A stretch of DNA of 64,000 bases from Thermoanaerobaculia bacterium (GTDB taxonomy: Bacteria; Acidobacteriota; Thermoanaerobaculia; UBA5066), in assembly GCA_963719225.1 (NCBI GenBank), contig CAVRAY010000001.1, positions 992,001 to 1,056,000 on the forward strand. The letters run 5' to 3'. Positions 32,566 through 42,590 of the stretch are shown here, piece after piece. The notes beneath the pieces were generated by a model. It was not told where the DNA came from. It did no database searches and saw only the letters and a program-made list of their open reading frames with translations. Each line of letters starts with the position of its first letter. Position 1 is the stretch's first letter. Made by a program: the position numbers and the translations under genes.

Positions 32566-33533
32566 TCGTCGACTGCGGGATCTACGATGCCGGCGTCCGC
32601 CGCTCCGGCACGTTTTCGTTCGAGCAGGCGTTCGAGGCCTCGAAAGCCCCGGGGACGTTCGTGTGGCTGGGCCTCTACGAGCCCACGGAAGAGGAGTTCG
32701 CGAAGGTGAAGTCCTCGTTCGAGCTCCACGAGCTTGCCGTCGAGGACGCGCTCAAGGCGCACCAGCGCCCGAAGCTCGAAGTCTACGACGATACGCTGTT
32801 CGTCGTGATCAAGACGGCGCGCTACGTCGACCGCGACGAGGCCGTGACGCTCGGCGAGATCCTCCTCTTCGTCGGGGCGAACTTCGTGATCGCCGTGCGC
32901 CACGGGGAGGGGAGCCCGCTCGTCGAGACCCGGAAGAGCGTCGAGAAGCGGCCCGAGCTGCTCGCGTGCGGGCCCGGCGCCGTCCTCTGGGCGATCGTCG
33001 ACCACGTGGTGGACGACTACCAACCGGTTCTGCACGGCCTCGAGAGCGACATCGACGAGGTCGAGGATGCGGTCTTTTCGGCGAAGGAGGACAACCCGGC
33101 GGAACGGATCTACTTCCTCAAGCGCGAGCTCATGGAGTTCCTGCGCGGTGTGCGCCCGTTGCTGGAACCGCTCGACCGGCTCTCCCGCGGGACGTTCACT
33201 CTCCTGCACGAGGACGTGCGCCCGTATTTCCGCGACGTCGACGACCACCTCATGCGTGTCGTCGATCAGCTCGAAGGCGACCGCGACCTCCTCACGAGCA
33301 TCCTGCAGTCCAACCTGACGCAGCTCTCGATCAGGCAGAACTCGGACATGCGGAAGATCTCCTCGTGGGCGGCCATCCTGGCGGTGCCCACGATGATCGC
33401 GGGGATCTACGGCATGAACTTCCAGCACATGCCCGAGCTGAAGTCTCCCTTCGGCTACCCGTTCGCTCTCGGGCTCATGCTCGTCGTTTGCGGCGGCCTC
33501 TGGAAGGCCTTCAAGCGCTCGGGCTGGCTGTAG
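32562..33533 (+). CDS. corA: Magnesium/cobalt transporter CorA
   Basis: HQRPKLE, YFRDV, YGMNF and MPEL motifs, two C-terminal TM helices. Confidence 0.96.
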   Translation: MIVDCGIYDAGVRRSGTFSFEQAFEASKAPGTFVWLGLYEPTEEEFAKVKSSFELHELAVEDALKAHQRPKLEVYDDTLFVVIKTARYVDRDEAVTLGEILLFVGANFVIAVRHGEGSPLVETRKSVEKRPELLACGPGAVLWAIVDHVVDDYQPVLHGLESDIDEVEDAVFSAKEDNPAERIYFLKRELMEFLRGVRPLLEPLDRLSRGTFTLLHEDVRPYFRDVDDHLMRVVDQLEGDRDLLTSILQSNLTQLSIRQNSDMRKISSWAAILAVPTMIAGIYGMNFQHMPELKSPFGYPFALGLMLVVCGGLWKAFKRSGWL

Positions 33534-33539
33534 AAGACC

Positions 33540-34028
33540 TCAGTTGACCGGCGGCGGGCCGCCGAACGCGCGCATCGCGGCGCGGCGCCGCTGCTTGTGG
33601 GCGGCGATCCAGCCGTCGAGCCTAGCCTTCTGTTCCGGCGTGAGGACGCCGTTGATCTCGGCGTGCACGCTCTCGAGCTGAGCCCTGGCGGCCTTTCCGT
33701 CGGCCCGCACCTTGAGGAACGCGGCCCCGACGACGGCAGGATCCGGATTCTCTGCAGAGGCGGCGGCCCTGAGGGCCTCGCGGTTCGCCTTCGCGTGGGA
33801 CCGGAACGCCTGGAACTGCTCCTTGTGAGACGAGAAGATGGCCTTGACCTTCTCCTTCTGGGTGTCGCTCAGATCGAGAGTCGCCATCGCCGCCCGGATC
33901 CCGCGGCCGAAGCGGACTCCGCCGCCCGGCCTCTGTGCCAGGGCCACGCTGTTGGCGAGGGCCAGAGCCAGAACAGAGGCTCCGATTCCAAGGCTGATCA
34001 TGTTGCTGCCGAAGACTTTGCGGTTCAC
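33540..34028 (-). CDS. Spy/CpxP family periplasmic chaperone
   Basis: Signal peptide, LDLSDTQK and LTPEQK (LTxxQ) motifs. Confidence 0.88.
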   Translation of the reverse strand: MNRKVFGSNMISLGIGASVLALALANSVALAQRPGGGVRFGRGIRAAMATLDLSDTQKEKVKAIFSSHKEQFQAFRSHAKANREALRAAASAENPDPAVVGAAFLKVRADGKAARAQLESVHAEINGVLTPEQKARLDGWIAAHKQRRRAAMRAFGGPPPVN

Positions 34029-34081
34029 TTGAGTTTCCCTTCCTGCGGAGCCCTTCGCTCTTCGAAGGGTCGCACGTGATC

Positions 34082-34108
34082 AGACGCAGGACCGTGTCGG
34101 GCGTTTAC
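34082..34108 (-). promoter_or_regulatory. ECF sigma-type promoter upstream of the Spy/CpxP gene
   Basis: GTAAAC-16 nt-CGTC matches the AAC/CGT ECF promoter pattern and lies just downstream of a sigma/anti-sigma pair. Confidence 0.55.
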
Positions 34109-34125
34109 GCTCCGGGTTCCGAGCC

Positions 34126-34887
34126 CTAGAACCGCTCCCCGACGAGGACGATGGCGCCGGTGGGTTTCGGGACGCCGCCCTTCGGCTCGACCGAGACGGC
34201 GAACTTCACGGGCGCCTCGCCGAGGTTCTCCTGCCTCGAGATCGGGATGACCGTCGCGCCGTCGGGGCGGGCATCGAACGTGCCGGCGGGCTCCGGCTGG
34301 TCGCCCACGAAAGCCCAGAGCTCGTAGCTCTTCTCGAGCGGCAGCGGCGGAAGGCCGCTGACCCAGAGGATTCCCTGCCTCGTCTCGGGGTGCCACAGGA
34401 GCTTCGCCTTCGCCGTCGGATTCGACTCGAGGCCCTTCAGGAGGGCGACTTGCACGCGAGGATCCTTCAGCCATGCGAGCTCCGCGTCCTTCGCCTTCAG
34501 GTCGCGTTCCTTGTCGTGAAGCATTCCCTCGAGCTGGGCGACGTTCGCGCGCGTGGCGCCCAGGTCCGTGCGCGTGGCGTACCAGAGAGCCGCGAACGCC
34601 GCGGCGAGCATGAAGGAGGCCGCGACGCCGAGCGCCCAGGCCATGGTCGCGAGGCCGCGGTCCGGCATTCCGGCCGACACGCGGCGCGGGGGGGCGCTCG
34701 GGACCTCGTCTGCCTGGCCCCGGATCTGCCAGAGAATGCGCTCCTTCAGCCCGGGTGGCGGCGCGGTTTCGGGCGGCGGGGGAGCGCCCTCGTCCGTGGC
34801 GTCGAGCTCGGCCTCGAGGGCATCGCACCACGTCGCGAACTCGGTCGCGAGGAGGGAAGCCTTGGGGTCGATGCGGTCGTCAGCCAC
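34126..34887 (-). CDS. Anti-sigma factor, RskA family
   Basis: PPPGLKERIL, one TM helix, YELW and FAVSVEPKGGVPKPTG motifs. Confidence 0.9.
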   Translation of the reverse strand: MADDRIDPKASLLATEFATWCDALEAELDATDEGAPPPPETAPPPGLKERILWQIRGQADEVPSAPPRRVSAGMPDRGLATMAWALGVAASFMLAAAFAALWYATRTDLGATRANVAQLEGMLHDKERDLKAKDAELAWLKDPRVQVALLKGLESNPTAKAKLLWHPETRQGILWVSGLPPLPLEKSYELWAFVGDQPEPAGTFDARPDGATVIPISRQENLGEAPVKFAVSVEPKGGVPKPTGAIVLVGERF

Positions 34888-35443
34888 GGCCGGCCCCTCC
34901 TTCCCCGGCGATCGCCCGGAGCTTCGCGAGGCCCGAACGCGTACGGCTCTTCACCGTGCCGAGCGGCTCGTTCAGGCGCGCGGCGATCTCCTCCTGCGTG
35001 TAGCCGTCGAAGTAGGCGAGGCGAAGGACGGCCTGCTCCTTCTCGGACAGCTTTTCGAGACAGCGCGAGACGTAGTCGCGCAGGGCGGCGGTCTCCTGCC
35101 GTCCGTCGCCGACGGCGCCGGCGCGGTCGAGCGACTCGTCCGGAGCAGAGGAAAAGCGCTGCTCGATCGAGTGGCGGCTCCGCCAGCGGTCGAGCGCCCG
35201 GCTCCGCGCGATCGTGAACAGCCACGTCTTCACCGACGCGCGCGTCGCGTCGAACCGGCGCGCGTCGCGCCACACCTGGATGAAGGCTTCCTGCAGCACG
35301 TCTTCGGCATCCCTCGCGTCCTTGAGAATACGAACGCAGAAGGCGAAAAGGACCGGTGCATACCGGTCGTAGAAGAGACCGAACGCGTCGCGGTCGCCAT
35401 CGGCGATCCGCGCGAAAAGCTCGGGGTCGGCCGGCGTGCTCAC
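34880..35443 (-). CDS. ECF RNA polymerase sigma factor (SigK-like)
   Basis: AEDVLQEAF, WLFTIARSRALD and YTQEEIA...LGTVKSR motifs. Confidence 0.93.
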   Translation of the reverse strand: MSTPADPELFARIADGDRDAFGLFYDRYAPVLFAFCVRILKDARDAEDVLQEAFIQVWRDARRFDATRASVKTWLFTIARSRALDRWRSRHSIEQRFSSAPDESLDRAGAVGDGRQETAALRDYVSRCLEKLSEKEQAVLRLAYFDGYTQEEIAARLNEPLGTVKSRTRSGLAKLRAIAGEGGAGRG

Positions 35444-35525
35444 GGTGAACTTGCGCGCAGCGTGACCGCGCCGCGCGAGCCTGTCAAGCGGGAGAACCTC
35501 CGACGGCTAGAATCCCCCGAAAACC

Positions 35526-37166
35526 ATGCGCGACGGCTCGTTTCTGAAACGAACTGCAGTCGGTCTTCTCCCGTGTCTCGTGCTGCTCGTTCCCGCCGGC
35601 GGCGCATCGGCGCAGAACGCGTCGAACCCTCCGACGATCACGATCGCTCCGTCGCCCGGGCCGCCGAAGTGGTTCGTCGCGGGCATGGCGTACGTGCAGG
35701 GCTCGCTCGCGGGCACGCTCTGGCAGACCGACGTCACTCTCTTCAATCCCGACCCGAGCCGTCCGGCGACGTATTCGCTTGCCTTCCTCGATGGACGAAA
35801 CCCCACCGATGAGGCCAACCTCGTCTGGAAGCCGATCGCTCTCGGCGCGCAGGAGAGCTTCTCGTCGCCGAACATTCTGGCCTTCTTCGGGCAGCCGCTG
35901 GGGAGCTTCGGCGCCCTTCTGGTGCGCGGCGAGTCCGCGCCCGTGCCGCCCGTTCTCACGGCGCGCACGTTCAACAACGGGGATCTCGCGAAGGGCACGT
36001 TCGGGCTGTCCGTCCCGTCCACGCAACTGGAAAACGCGGTGACGGCCCAGGCGGGTCTTTCGCAGCAGCTTCTCATCGGTCTGCGCGATGACGACACGGC
36101 CTATACGAATATCGGCCTCATGAACATGTCGACCGACTGGAGCCAGGTTCGGCTCACGTTTCTTGGCGGTGCCGACAGCGAGAATCTGGGCCAGCTGGAC
36201 GTGGACGTTCCTCCGTACGGCGTCGCGCAGCTCAACCGCCCCCTCGCCGCGCCCCCGCCGAGCGGCGTGGGATATCCGAACCCTCTGAATCAGTTCAGCG
36301 TGAAGGTCGCGGTGCTCTCCAGCGGCTCGGTTTTTCCTTACGCCACCGTCATCGACCGCCGTTCGACGGACCCGATCGTCGTGATCGCCTCCGACCGGCC
36401 TTCGTCGAGGTACCGGATGCCCGGCATCGTTCGCCTCCAGGGCGCGAACGACACCGTCTGGCGGAGCCGCTTCTTCGTCTCGAACCCGTCGACTACCTCC
36501 CGCAAGGTGACCATTTCCTACTCCTTCGTGCCATGCGACGCGACGGGCTGCCAGGGGCGTGTCACGGACGCGCAGAGCGACGTGACGCTGCTCCCCGGCG
36601 AAACGCTCTGGGCCGACGACTTCCCGAAAGTGTGGCTGGCCGCCTTCGGGTACGACGTGTCCGACACCACGGCCTACCAGGCGTCGTACGTCGACGTCTT
36701 CCCGGCGGCCGGCGACGCGAACCAGGAGCCGCTGCTCGTTCTCGGCGAGACGTACAACGACCAGCCGACGGGTCCCGTCGGCCTTCAGGTTCCGGGCTTC
36801 ACCGACGCGGACGCGGTCTCGAGGACGGGCGCCAACAAGCGCCTCCTCCTCGCGGGCCTCGTCTCGAACGCCTCGTATCGCAGCAACGTCGCGCTGTTTC
36901 TCCAGAGCGGCGCGTCGGGCCGGTGCACGGTACGTGTGCTGTCGGAGGTCGGCGTCGAGGTGGCTCACCAGGACATCGGGTTCAGCGGCGCGACCACGTT
37001 CGTCCAGCTCAACGACGCCGGGCTCTTCGGGTCCCTCCCGGGCGAGAGGAATCGGCTCGCGGTCGTGATCGACTCGTTCGACGGCGATCCCGTCTCGGCC
37101 TATGGGACGATCGTCGACAACATCTCGGGCGACGCAACGTTCGTGAAGGCTCAGCCGGCGCCCTGA
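35526..37166 (+). CDS. Secreted hypothetical protein made of two tandem beta-rich units
   Basis: Signal peptide. Repeated blocks [20 protein letters not shown] and [24 protein letters not shown]. Confidence 0.8.
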   Translation: MRDGSFLKRTAVGLLPCLVLLVPAGGASAQNASNPPTITIAPSPGPPKWFVAGMAYVQGSLAGTLWQTDVTLFNPDPSRPATYSLAFLDGRNPTDEANLVWKPIALGAQESFSSPNILAFFGQPLGSFGALLVRGESAPVPPVLTARTFNNGDLAKGTFGLSVPSTQLENAVTAQAGLSQQLLIGLRDDDTAYTNIGLMNMSTDWSQVRLTFLGGADSENLGQLDVDVPPYGVAQLNRPLAAPPPSGVGYPNPLNQFSVKVAVLSSGSVFPYATVIDRRSTDPIVVIASDRPSSRYRMPGIVRLQGANDTVWRSRFFVSNPSTTSRKVTISYSFVPCDATGCQGRVTDAQSDVTLLPGETLWADDFPKVWLAAFGYDVSDTTAYQASYVDVFPAAGDANQEPLLVLGETYNDQPTGPVGLQVPGFTDADAVSRTGANKRLLLAGLVSNASYRSNVALFLQSGASGRCTVRVLSEVGVEVAHQDIGFSGATTFVQLNDAGLFGSLPGERNRLAVVIDSFDGDPVSAYGTIVDNISGDATFVKAQPAP

Positions 37167-37186
37167 CGCTCGCGTACGAACGCGGA

Positions 37187-37215
37187 TTGACGCCCCCGGA
37201 CGGGGCCGGTACCGT
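37187..37215 (+). promoter_or_regulatory. Sigma70-type promoter (probably leaderless transcript)
   Basis: TTGACG-17 nt-TACCGT, 6 nt before the ATG at 37222. Confidence 0.5.
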
Positions 37216-37221
37216 CCTTCC

Positions 37222-39546
37222 ATGTCGAAGAGAAAGCTCTCCAGCGCGGGCGGCCAGCCGCCGCTGCCGTTCGATGCCGAGATCCCGCTTCCCGACGAGG
37301 CCCGGCGCCGGTACCTGAACTACGCCCTCTCGGTCATCACGTCGCGCGCGCTGCCGGACGTGCGGGACGGGCTCAAGCCCGTGCAGCGCCGCATCCTCTT
37401 CGCGATGTTCCAGAACCTCCACCTCATGCCGGACGCGAAGTTCAAGAAGTCCGCGACCGTCGTGGGCGACGTCATTGGCAAGTACCACCCGCACGGCGAC
37501 GTCGCGATCTACGACGCGATGGTGCGCATGGCGCAGCCCTTCTCGCTCCGCGCGCCGCTCGTGGACGGGCACGGCAACTTCGGCTCGCTCGACGGCGACT
37601 CGGCGGCGGCCTACCGCTACACCGAGGCGCGCCTCAAGCCGCTCGCGATCGAGCTCCTTTCCGAGATCCGGAGGAAGACGGTCGACTGGCGCCCGAACTT
37701 CGACGGCGTCCACTTCGAGCCCGTGGTCCTGCCGGCGCGGTATCCGAACCTGCTCGTCAACGGCGCGACGGGCATCGCGGTCGGAATGGCGACGTCGATC
37801 CCGCCTCACAATCCCGTCGAGGTGCTCGACGCCGCGATCGCGGCCGTGGACGACCGCGAGTCGGACCCGCTGCGCTTCATCAAGGGCCCGGACTTTCCGA
37901 CGGGCGGGCTCCTCGTCTCCGGAAAGCGCGAGCTCCGCGCGATCTACGAGAGCGGACAGGGCACGCTGAAGCTGCGCGGCGAATGGGAGGTCGAGGAGGG
38001 CGCTCGCGGCGCCCGGATGATCGTCGTGACGTCGATCCCGTACGCGCAGGAGAAGGCGAATCTCGTCGCGAAGATCGCGGACGTCATCATCGAGCGGCGG
38101 CTCGCCTCTCTCGTCGACGTGCGCGACGAGTCCACGGAGGACGTGCGCATCGTCCTCGAGATCAAGCGCGAGGCCGACCCGGCGCTCGTCATGACGTACC
38201 TGTACAAGCACACGCCTCTCGAGACGACGGTGCCCGTGAACCTCACGTGCCTCGTGCCGACGGCGAACCCCGACGCCTGCGAGCCGGCGCGCCTTCCTCT
38301 CGCGACGATGCTCCGGCACTTCCTCGACTTCCGGCTCGAGACGGTCCGGAGGCGGTTCCTTTTCGACCTCGAGGAGCTGAAGAAGCGCCTGCACCTCCTG
38401 GAGGGCTTCCTCGTCATCTACGACGCTCTCGACGAGGCGATCCGCATCATCCGCAAGTCCGACGGAAAGGCCGACGCCGCCGGGAAGCTCATGAAGCGCT
38501 TCTCGCTCGACGAGGAGCAGGTCGAGGCGATCCTCGAGACGAAGCTCTACAAGCTCGCGCGCCTCGAAGTCGACGCGATCCGCGCCGAGCTGAAGGAAAA
38601 GACGGCCGAGGCGGCCATCATCGAGGCGATCCTGAAGTCGCCAAGGAAGCTCTGGAACGAGGTCAAGGGCGAGCTCGCCGAGGTGCGCGAGACGCTCGCG
38701 GGCGAGAAACGCCGGACGAAGGTCCAGGCGAGCGTCGAGGAGCCGACGTACGACGCGGAGGCCTTCATCCAGCACGAGGACACGTACGCCGTCGTCTCGC
38801 AGGACGGATGGCTGAAGCGCCAGCGCGAGATGAAGGACCCGAAGTCCACGCGCCTGAGGGAAGGCGACGAAGTGCTCGCCGTGCTCCAGGGCTCGACGAA
38901 GGAGGCGGCCGTCCTCTTCTCGAATCGAGGCACCGCGTACGTCCTGAAGCTGAACGACGTGCCGCCGTCGACCGGTTATGGCGAGCCCGTGCAGAAGATC
39001 TTCAGGTTCGGGGACGGCGAACGGGTCGTCGCGGCCCTCTCCCTCGATCCCCGGGTCGTGCCGGAGAAGAACGTGCTCCTCCTCGCCGCCACGCGCCGCG
39101 GCCTCGTCCTGAGGTTCTCGCTGGACCCCTTCCGCGAGGTGACGACGCGCGCCGGGCGGCGCTTCGCGAAGCCCGCGAAGGGCGACGAGATCGCTTCCGT
39201 CTTCGTGTGCCAGGAGAGCGACCTCGTGGCCCTCGCGTCGGAGAAGGGGCGCGCGATCCTCTTCCCCGCGAACGAGGTGCCCGTGCTCGCGGGGCCGGGC
39301 AAGGGCGTCCTCGGCTTCAAGCTCGGGCCGGACGACCGCCTCGTGGGCGCGGCGCTGTTCGGGGACGACGAGAAACGGGCGACGCTCACGCTCGTGAACG
39401 GCAGGGGAACCGAGCACACGATCAGCCGCCGCTACACACCGGTCTCGCGCGGCGGGAAGGGCTTCGAGCTGATCAAGCGCGACCGGCTCGTGAAAGCTCT
39501 CTTTCCCGAGATCGTTCTCGTAGACTTCGAGGGGAAGGGGGATTGA
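37222..39546 (+). CDS. parC: Type IIA topoisomerase A subunit, ParC-like
   Basis: [23 protein letters not shown], active-site RYTE. No GyrA-box at the start of the C-terminal domain. Confidence 0.85.
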   Translation: MSKRKLSSAGGQPPLPFDAEIPLPDEARRRYLNYALSVITSRALPDVRDGLKPVQRRILFAMFQNLHLMPDAKFKKSATVVGDVIGKYHPHGDVAIYDAMVRMAQPFSLRAPLVDGHGNFGSLDGDSAAAYRYTEARLKPLAIELLSEIRRKTVDWRPNFDGVHFEPVVLPARYPNLLVNGATGIAVGMATSIPPHNPVEVLDAAIAAVDDRESDPLRFIKGPDFPTGGLLVSGKRELRAIYESGQGTLKLRGEWEVEEGARGARMIVVTSIPYAQEKANLVAKIADVIIERRLASLVDVRDESTEDVRIVLEIKREADPALVMTYLYKHTPLETTVPVNLTCLVPTANPDACEPARLPLATMLRHFLDFRLETVRRRFLFDLEELKKRLHLLEGFLVIYDALDEAIRIIRKSDGKADAAGKLMKRFSLDEEQVEAILETKLYKLARLEVDAIRAELKEKTAEAAIIEAILKSPRKLWNEVKGELAEVRETLAGEKRRTKVQASVEEPTYDAEAFIQHEDTYAVVSQDGWLKRQREMKDPKSTRLREGDEVLAVLQGSTKEAAVLFSNRGTAYVLKLNDVPPSTGYGEPVQKIFRFGDGERVVAALSLDPRVVPEKNVLLLAATRRGLVLRFSLDPFREVTTRAGRRFAKPAKGDEIASVFVCQESDLVALASEKGRAILFPANEVPVLAGPGKGVLGFKLGPDDRLVGAALFGDDEKRATLTLVNGRGTEHTISRRYTPVSRGGKGFELIKRDRLVKALFPEIVLVDFEGKGD

Positions 39547-40394
39547 TGGAAGTCGTCCTCGCCGAAAAGTACGGCTTCTGCGCCGGCGTTCGCGTCGCGG
39601 ACAAGCTCGTCCGCCTCGCCGCAAAGAAGGGCCAGAAGGGCGCGATCTTCGGGCAGGTCGTGCACAACGAAAGCGTCGAGAGCGAGATGGCGCGTCTCGG
39701 CTTTCCCACGGTGCACGATCTCGAGGCCGCGAAGGCCCACGAGGCACGCATCGTCTTTTCGGCGCACGGCGTCGCGCCGTCCGTGCGCGCGGAGGCCGCG
39801 TCGCTCGGCCTCGCGACGATCGACACGACGTGCAAGTTCGTGACGGACATTCACAACGAGATCATGCGGTCGCTGGACGACGGCTGCTTCATCGCGATTC
39901 TCGGTCAGGCCGACCACCGCGAGGTCGTCGGGTACACGAAGGACCTCGATCCCGCGCGCTACCACGTCTTTTACCGGCTCGACGAGGTTACGGCCTTCGA
40001 CTGGTCCTGCATTCCGCGCGTCAAGATCGTCTTCCAGACCACGATCAACTCCGAGACGTTCGCGCCGCACGTGGAGGAGATCCGCCTGCGCGTCCCGGAC
40101 ACGCGCGTGGCCGACACGATCTGCTATGCGACGAAGGAGAACCAGGACGCCCTGCGCGTCCTCTGCGCCGATCCTGCGATCGACGCGATCATCGTCATCG
40201 GCGGCAAGAACAGCAAGAACACGAAAGAGCTCGCGCGCATCGCTCAGGCGAAAAAGCCGACGTTCCTGGTCGGCACGGCCGCGGAGCTCGACGTCGCTCA
40301 GCTCGCGGGGATGAAGAAGATCGGGGTTTCCGCGGGGGCGTCGACTCCGGATTACGACGTCGAGGCCGTGGTCGCGAGACTCAAGGCGCTCTGA
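39546..40394 (+). CDS. ispH: 4-hydroxy-3-methylbut-2-enyl diphosphate reductase
   Basis: GFCAGV, VHN, SAHG, DTTC, QTT, TICYAT and AGASTP motifs. ATG overlaps the parC stop. Confidence 0.95.
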   Translation: MEVVLAEKYGFCAGVRVADKLVRLAAKKGQKGAIFGQVVHNESVESEMARLGFPTVHDLEAAKAHEARIVFSAHGVAPSVRAEAASLGLATIDTTCKFVTDIHNEIMRSLDDGCFIAILGQADHREVVGYTKDLDPARYHVFYRLDEVTAFDWSCIPRVKIVFQTTINSETFAPHVEEIRLRVPDTRVADTICYATKENQDALRVLCADPAIDAIIVIGGKNSKNTKELARIAQAKKPTFLVGTAAELDVAQLAGMKKIGVSAGASTPDYDVEAVVARLKAL

Positions 40395-40439
40395 CCAAAG
40401 AGCGACGCGAAGCTGTCAGCGGATCGTGCGGTTCGCTCG

Positions 40440-40652
40440 CTACGTTCGGCCGAGAATTCCCTTAGCACGTTCGGTCATGTGAGGAAAGAGGTCCGGCGGT
40501 ACGTTAAGGCCCGCCGTGCTCACCATGTAGCGGGCGCAGCTTGCCCTGTCGCTTCCGCAATAGGCCTCCTTCATCGCCGGCGATGTCGGGGGCATGTTGT
40601 CCATCTTGTCGTTGAAGAACTGGCATTTTTCGATTTTCTCGCAACAAGCCAT
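40440..40652 (-). CDS. Small Cys-rich hypothetical protein (70 aa)
   Basis: AAAGGAG RBS, five Cys residues, own promoter. Confidence 0.75.
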   Translation of the reverse strand: MACCEKIEKCQFFNDKMDNMPPTSPAMKEAYCGSDRASCARYMVSTAGLNVPPDLFPHMTERAKGILGRT

Positions 40653-40693
40653 CGTCGTTCTCCTTTCTTCTCTTTATAACCACATGAATATAT

Positions 40694-40722
40694 ATTATTT
40701 CGCCTTCCCTTATGAGTGTCAA
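40694..40722 (-). promoter_or_regulatory. Near-consensus sigma70 promoter
   Basis: TTGACA-17 nt-AATAAT inside an AT-rich patch. Confidence 0.7.
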
Positions 40723-40888
40723 GGCTGGTGCGGCCCTCTCGCGACCGGGCCCGAGGTGACGAAGAAGTGCTTCGACTACTGGGCGAAGTACGACTGGACC
40801 CTGAGGAAATCGAAGGGTAACGAGCATGCGCCTTGACCGGTCTCGCCTGATGCAGGCGCCTCATGACCGGGGCGGGCGGGCGCGTGTA

Positions 40889-40910
40889 CATTTCGTCTTG
40901 TTCCGAAATG
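40889..40910 (+). promoter_or_regulatory. Palindromic operator, probably ArsR-type, over the permease start
   Basis: CATTTCG-N8-CGAAATG overlapping a TACATT -10 box and the ATG at 40908. Confidence 0.6.
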
Positions 40911-41987
40911 ACGAACGCCACGCTCTCCCTCCCGACCTACGACCCTGTTGAGGCCCCGGCGGCTGGCCTGCGGCCCCGGACTGTCATCCTCCATCTCGCG
41001 GCGCTCGCCGTCTGGGTCGCCGCCTACGCAGTCATCGGAGACCTCTCGCGGGTCGTCACGACCCGCCTCCTCGGCCTCACGCCCGGGACGCACCTCGGCG
41101 CGGCGGTCGAGTTCTTCGTCTTCGAGGTCCCGAAGGTCCTTCTCCTCCTCACGCTCGTCGTCTTTGTCGTCAGCATCGTGAGGAGCTTCTTCACCCCGGA
41201 GAGGACTCGGAGCCTGCTGGCGGGTCGGCGGGAAACGGCCGGAAACGCGCTCGCGTCGCTCCTCGGCGTCGTCACGCCGTTCTGCTCGTGCTCGGCGGTC
41301 CCGATGTTCATCGGCTTCGTGACCGCGGGCGTGCCGCTTGGAGTGACGTTTTCGTTCCTCGTCGCCGCGCCCATGGTCAATGAGATCGCGCTCGCACTCC
41401 TTTTCGGCCTTTTCGGCTGGAAGGTCGCCGGGCTCTACCTCGGCACCGGTCTCCTCATCGCGTTCGTCGTCCGGCTGGGTCATCGGACGTCTGAAGCTCG
41501 AGGCCTGGGTCGAGCCGTGGGTCTACGGGACCCGTGGTCCCGTCAACGGCCCGGCGGGGGAGAGCGCCCGGCTGGGAGAGGCGTCTCGCGATCGGGCGCG
41601 AAGCAGGTCCGCGAGATCGTCGGAAAGGTGTGGCTCTACGTCGTCGCGGGGATCGCCGTCGGCGCCGGAATCCACGGCTGGGTGCCCGAGGACTTCATGG
41701 CGTCGGTCATGGGCAAGGGCGCCTGGTGGTCCGTGCCGCTCGCCGTCCTGATCGGCGTCCCGATGTACTCGAACGCGGCGGGCATCATCCCGATCGTGCA
41801 GGCGCTCCTCGGGAAGGGCGCCGCGCTCGGCACCGTCCTCGCGTTCATGATGTCGGTCATCGCCCTCTCGCTTCCGGAGATGGTGATCCTCCGCAAGGTC
41901 CTCACGCTGCGCCTCATCGCCGTCTTCGTCGGCGTCGTGGGAACGGGGATCCTCCTCGTCGGATACCTCTTTAATGCGCTCCTCTGA
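40908..41987 (+). CDS. DUF318/ArsP-type permease (compensating frameshifts at about 41467-41605)
   Basis: TPFCSCS, APMVNE, GVPMYSN and LSLPE motifs. The family-like segment GWVIGRLKLEAWVEPWV lies in another frame. Confidence 0.88.
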   Translation: MTNATLSLPTYDPVEAPAAGLRPRTVILHLAALAVWVAAYAVIGDLSRVVTTRLLGLTPGTHLGAAVEFFVFEVPKVLLLLTLVVFVVSIVRSFFTPERTRSLLAGRRETAGNALASLLGVVTPFCSCSAVPMFIGFVTAGVPLGVTFSFLVAAPMVNEIALALLFGLFGWKVAGLYLGTGLLIAFVVRLGHRTSEARGLGRAVGLRDPWSRQRPGGGERPAGRGVSRSGAKQVREIVGKVWLYVVAGIAVGAGIHGWVPEDFMASVMGKGAWWSVPLAVLIGVPMYSNAAGIIPIVQALLGKGAALGTVLAFMMSVIALSLPEMVILRKVLTLRLIAVFVGVVGTGILLVGYLFNALL

Positions 41988-41988
41988 G

Positions 41989-42354
41989 ATGACGAAGTCC
42001 GGCCTCTCCGCCACGACCGCCGCCGCCAAGGCCCTCGCGCACCCCGCGCGACTCCGAGTCCTCGCGATGCTCTCGGGAGGGCCGCTCTGCGTGTGCCAGA
42101 TGACGGCCGTTCTCGGCTCGGCGCCGTCCACGGTCTCCGAGCATCTCCGGGAGCTGAAGCAGGCAGGTCTCCTCGTCGAGGAGAAGAACGGCAAGTTCGT
42201 CTTTTACCGGCTCGCGTCGTCGGCGGACGCGGCCCCGTGGCGGGACGCCGTACGCCGCGGTCTGGACGGCGATCCCGTCGCCCGCGCCGACGCGGCGCGC
42301 GTGGGCCGGATCCGCAGAATTCCCGTCGAGAAGTTCGCCGCAAGGAGAAGGTGA
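41989..42354 (+). CDS. ArsR/SmtB family transcriptional regulator
   Basis: KALAHPARLRVL, LCVCQM metal site, STVSEHL and FYRL motifs. Confidence 0.92.
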   Translation: MTKSGLSATTAAAKALAHPARLRVLAMLSGGPLCVCQMTAVLGSAPSTVSEHLRELKQAGLLVEEKNGKFVFYRLASSADAAPWRDAVRRGLDGDPVARADAARVGRIRRIPVEKFAARRR

Positions 42355-42416
42355 TGGAGAACGTGGGCCGCATCCCGAAGGCGGACGAGATCCGCAGGCT
42401 CCTCGCGGGCGCCTGA
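42354..42416 (+). pseudogene. Possible C-terminal remnant of a small thioredoxin-fold (MTH895/ArsE-like) protein
   Basis: VGRIPKADEIRRLLAGA resembles the C-terminal helix of that family, which usually accompanies DUF318 permeases. No CxxC part is present. Confidence 0.4.
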
Positions 42417-42427
42417 CGCGCGGAAGC

Positions 42428-42590
42428 TCAGGCTCGGCGGCGGGCGAAGAGGCGTTCGAGCAGGGGCTTCGGCGGCGGGCACGTGCAGCGCTTGTCGCGC
42501 GGAACGCCCGCGCGGCGCGTTCTCCACGTGCCGGCCGCACCCGGCAAACGTCGGCTTTCCGCACCGGGAACAGGTCACTCGATGACACAT
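42428..42590 (-). CDS. Small Cys-rich protein (CxxC...GCGxH...RCxC), one frameshift near 42511
   Basis: MCHRVTCSRCGKPTFAGCGRHVENA, then in a shifted frame AGVPRDKRCTCPPPKPLLERLFARRRA*. Confidence 0.7.

Noticed and set aside
40834-40911. Two in-frame TGA-CCG codons with a hairpin after the first, suggesting a second selenoprotein
   Set aside because: The hairpin loop is closer to the UGA than usual for a SECIS, the ORF has no credible start, and the downstream part is better explained as the permease promoter and operator.
41467-41605. Programmed ribosomal frameshifting in the permease
   Set aside because: No slippery heptamer. Several indels close together, with similar lesions in nearby genes, point to sequence error.
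42352-42416. Possible UGA readthrough at the end of arsR
   Set aside because: No suitable hairpin, and the readthrough peptide is not protein-like. The meaningful peptide is in another frame.
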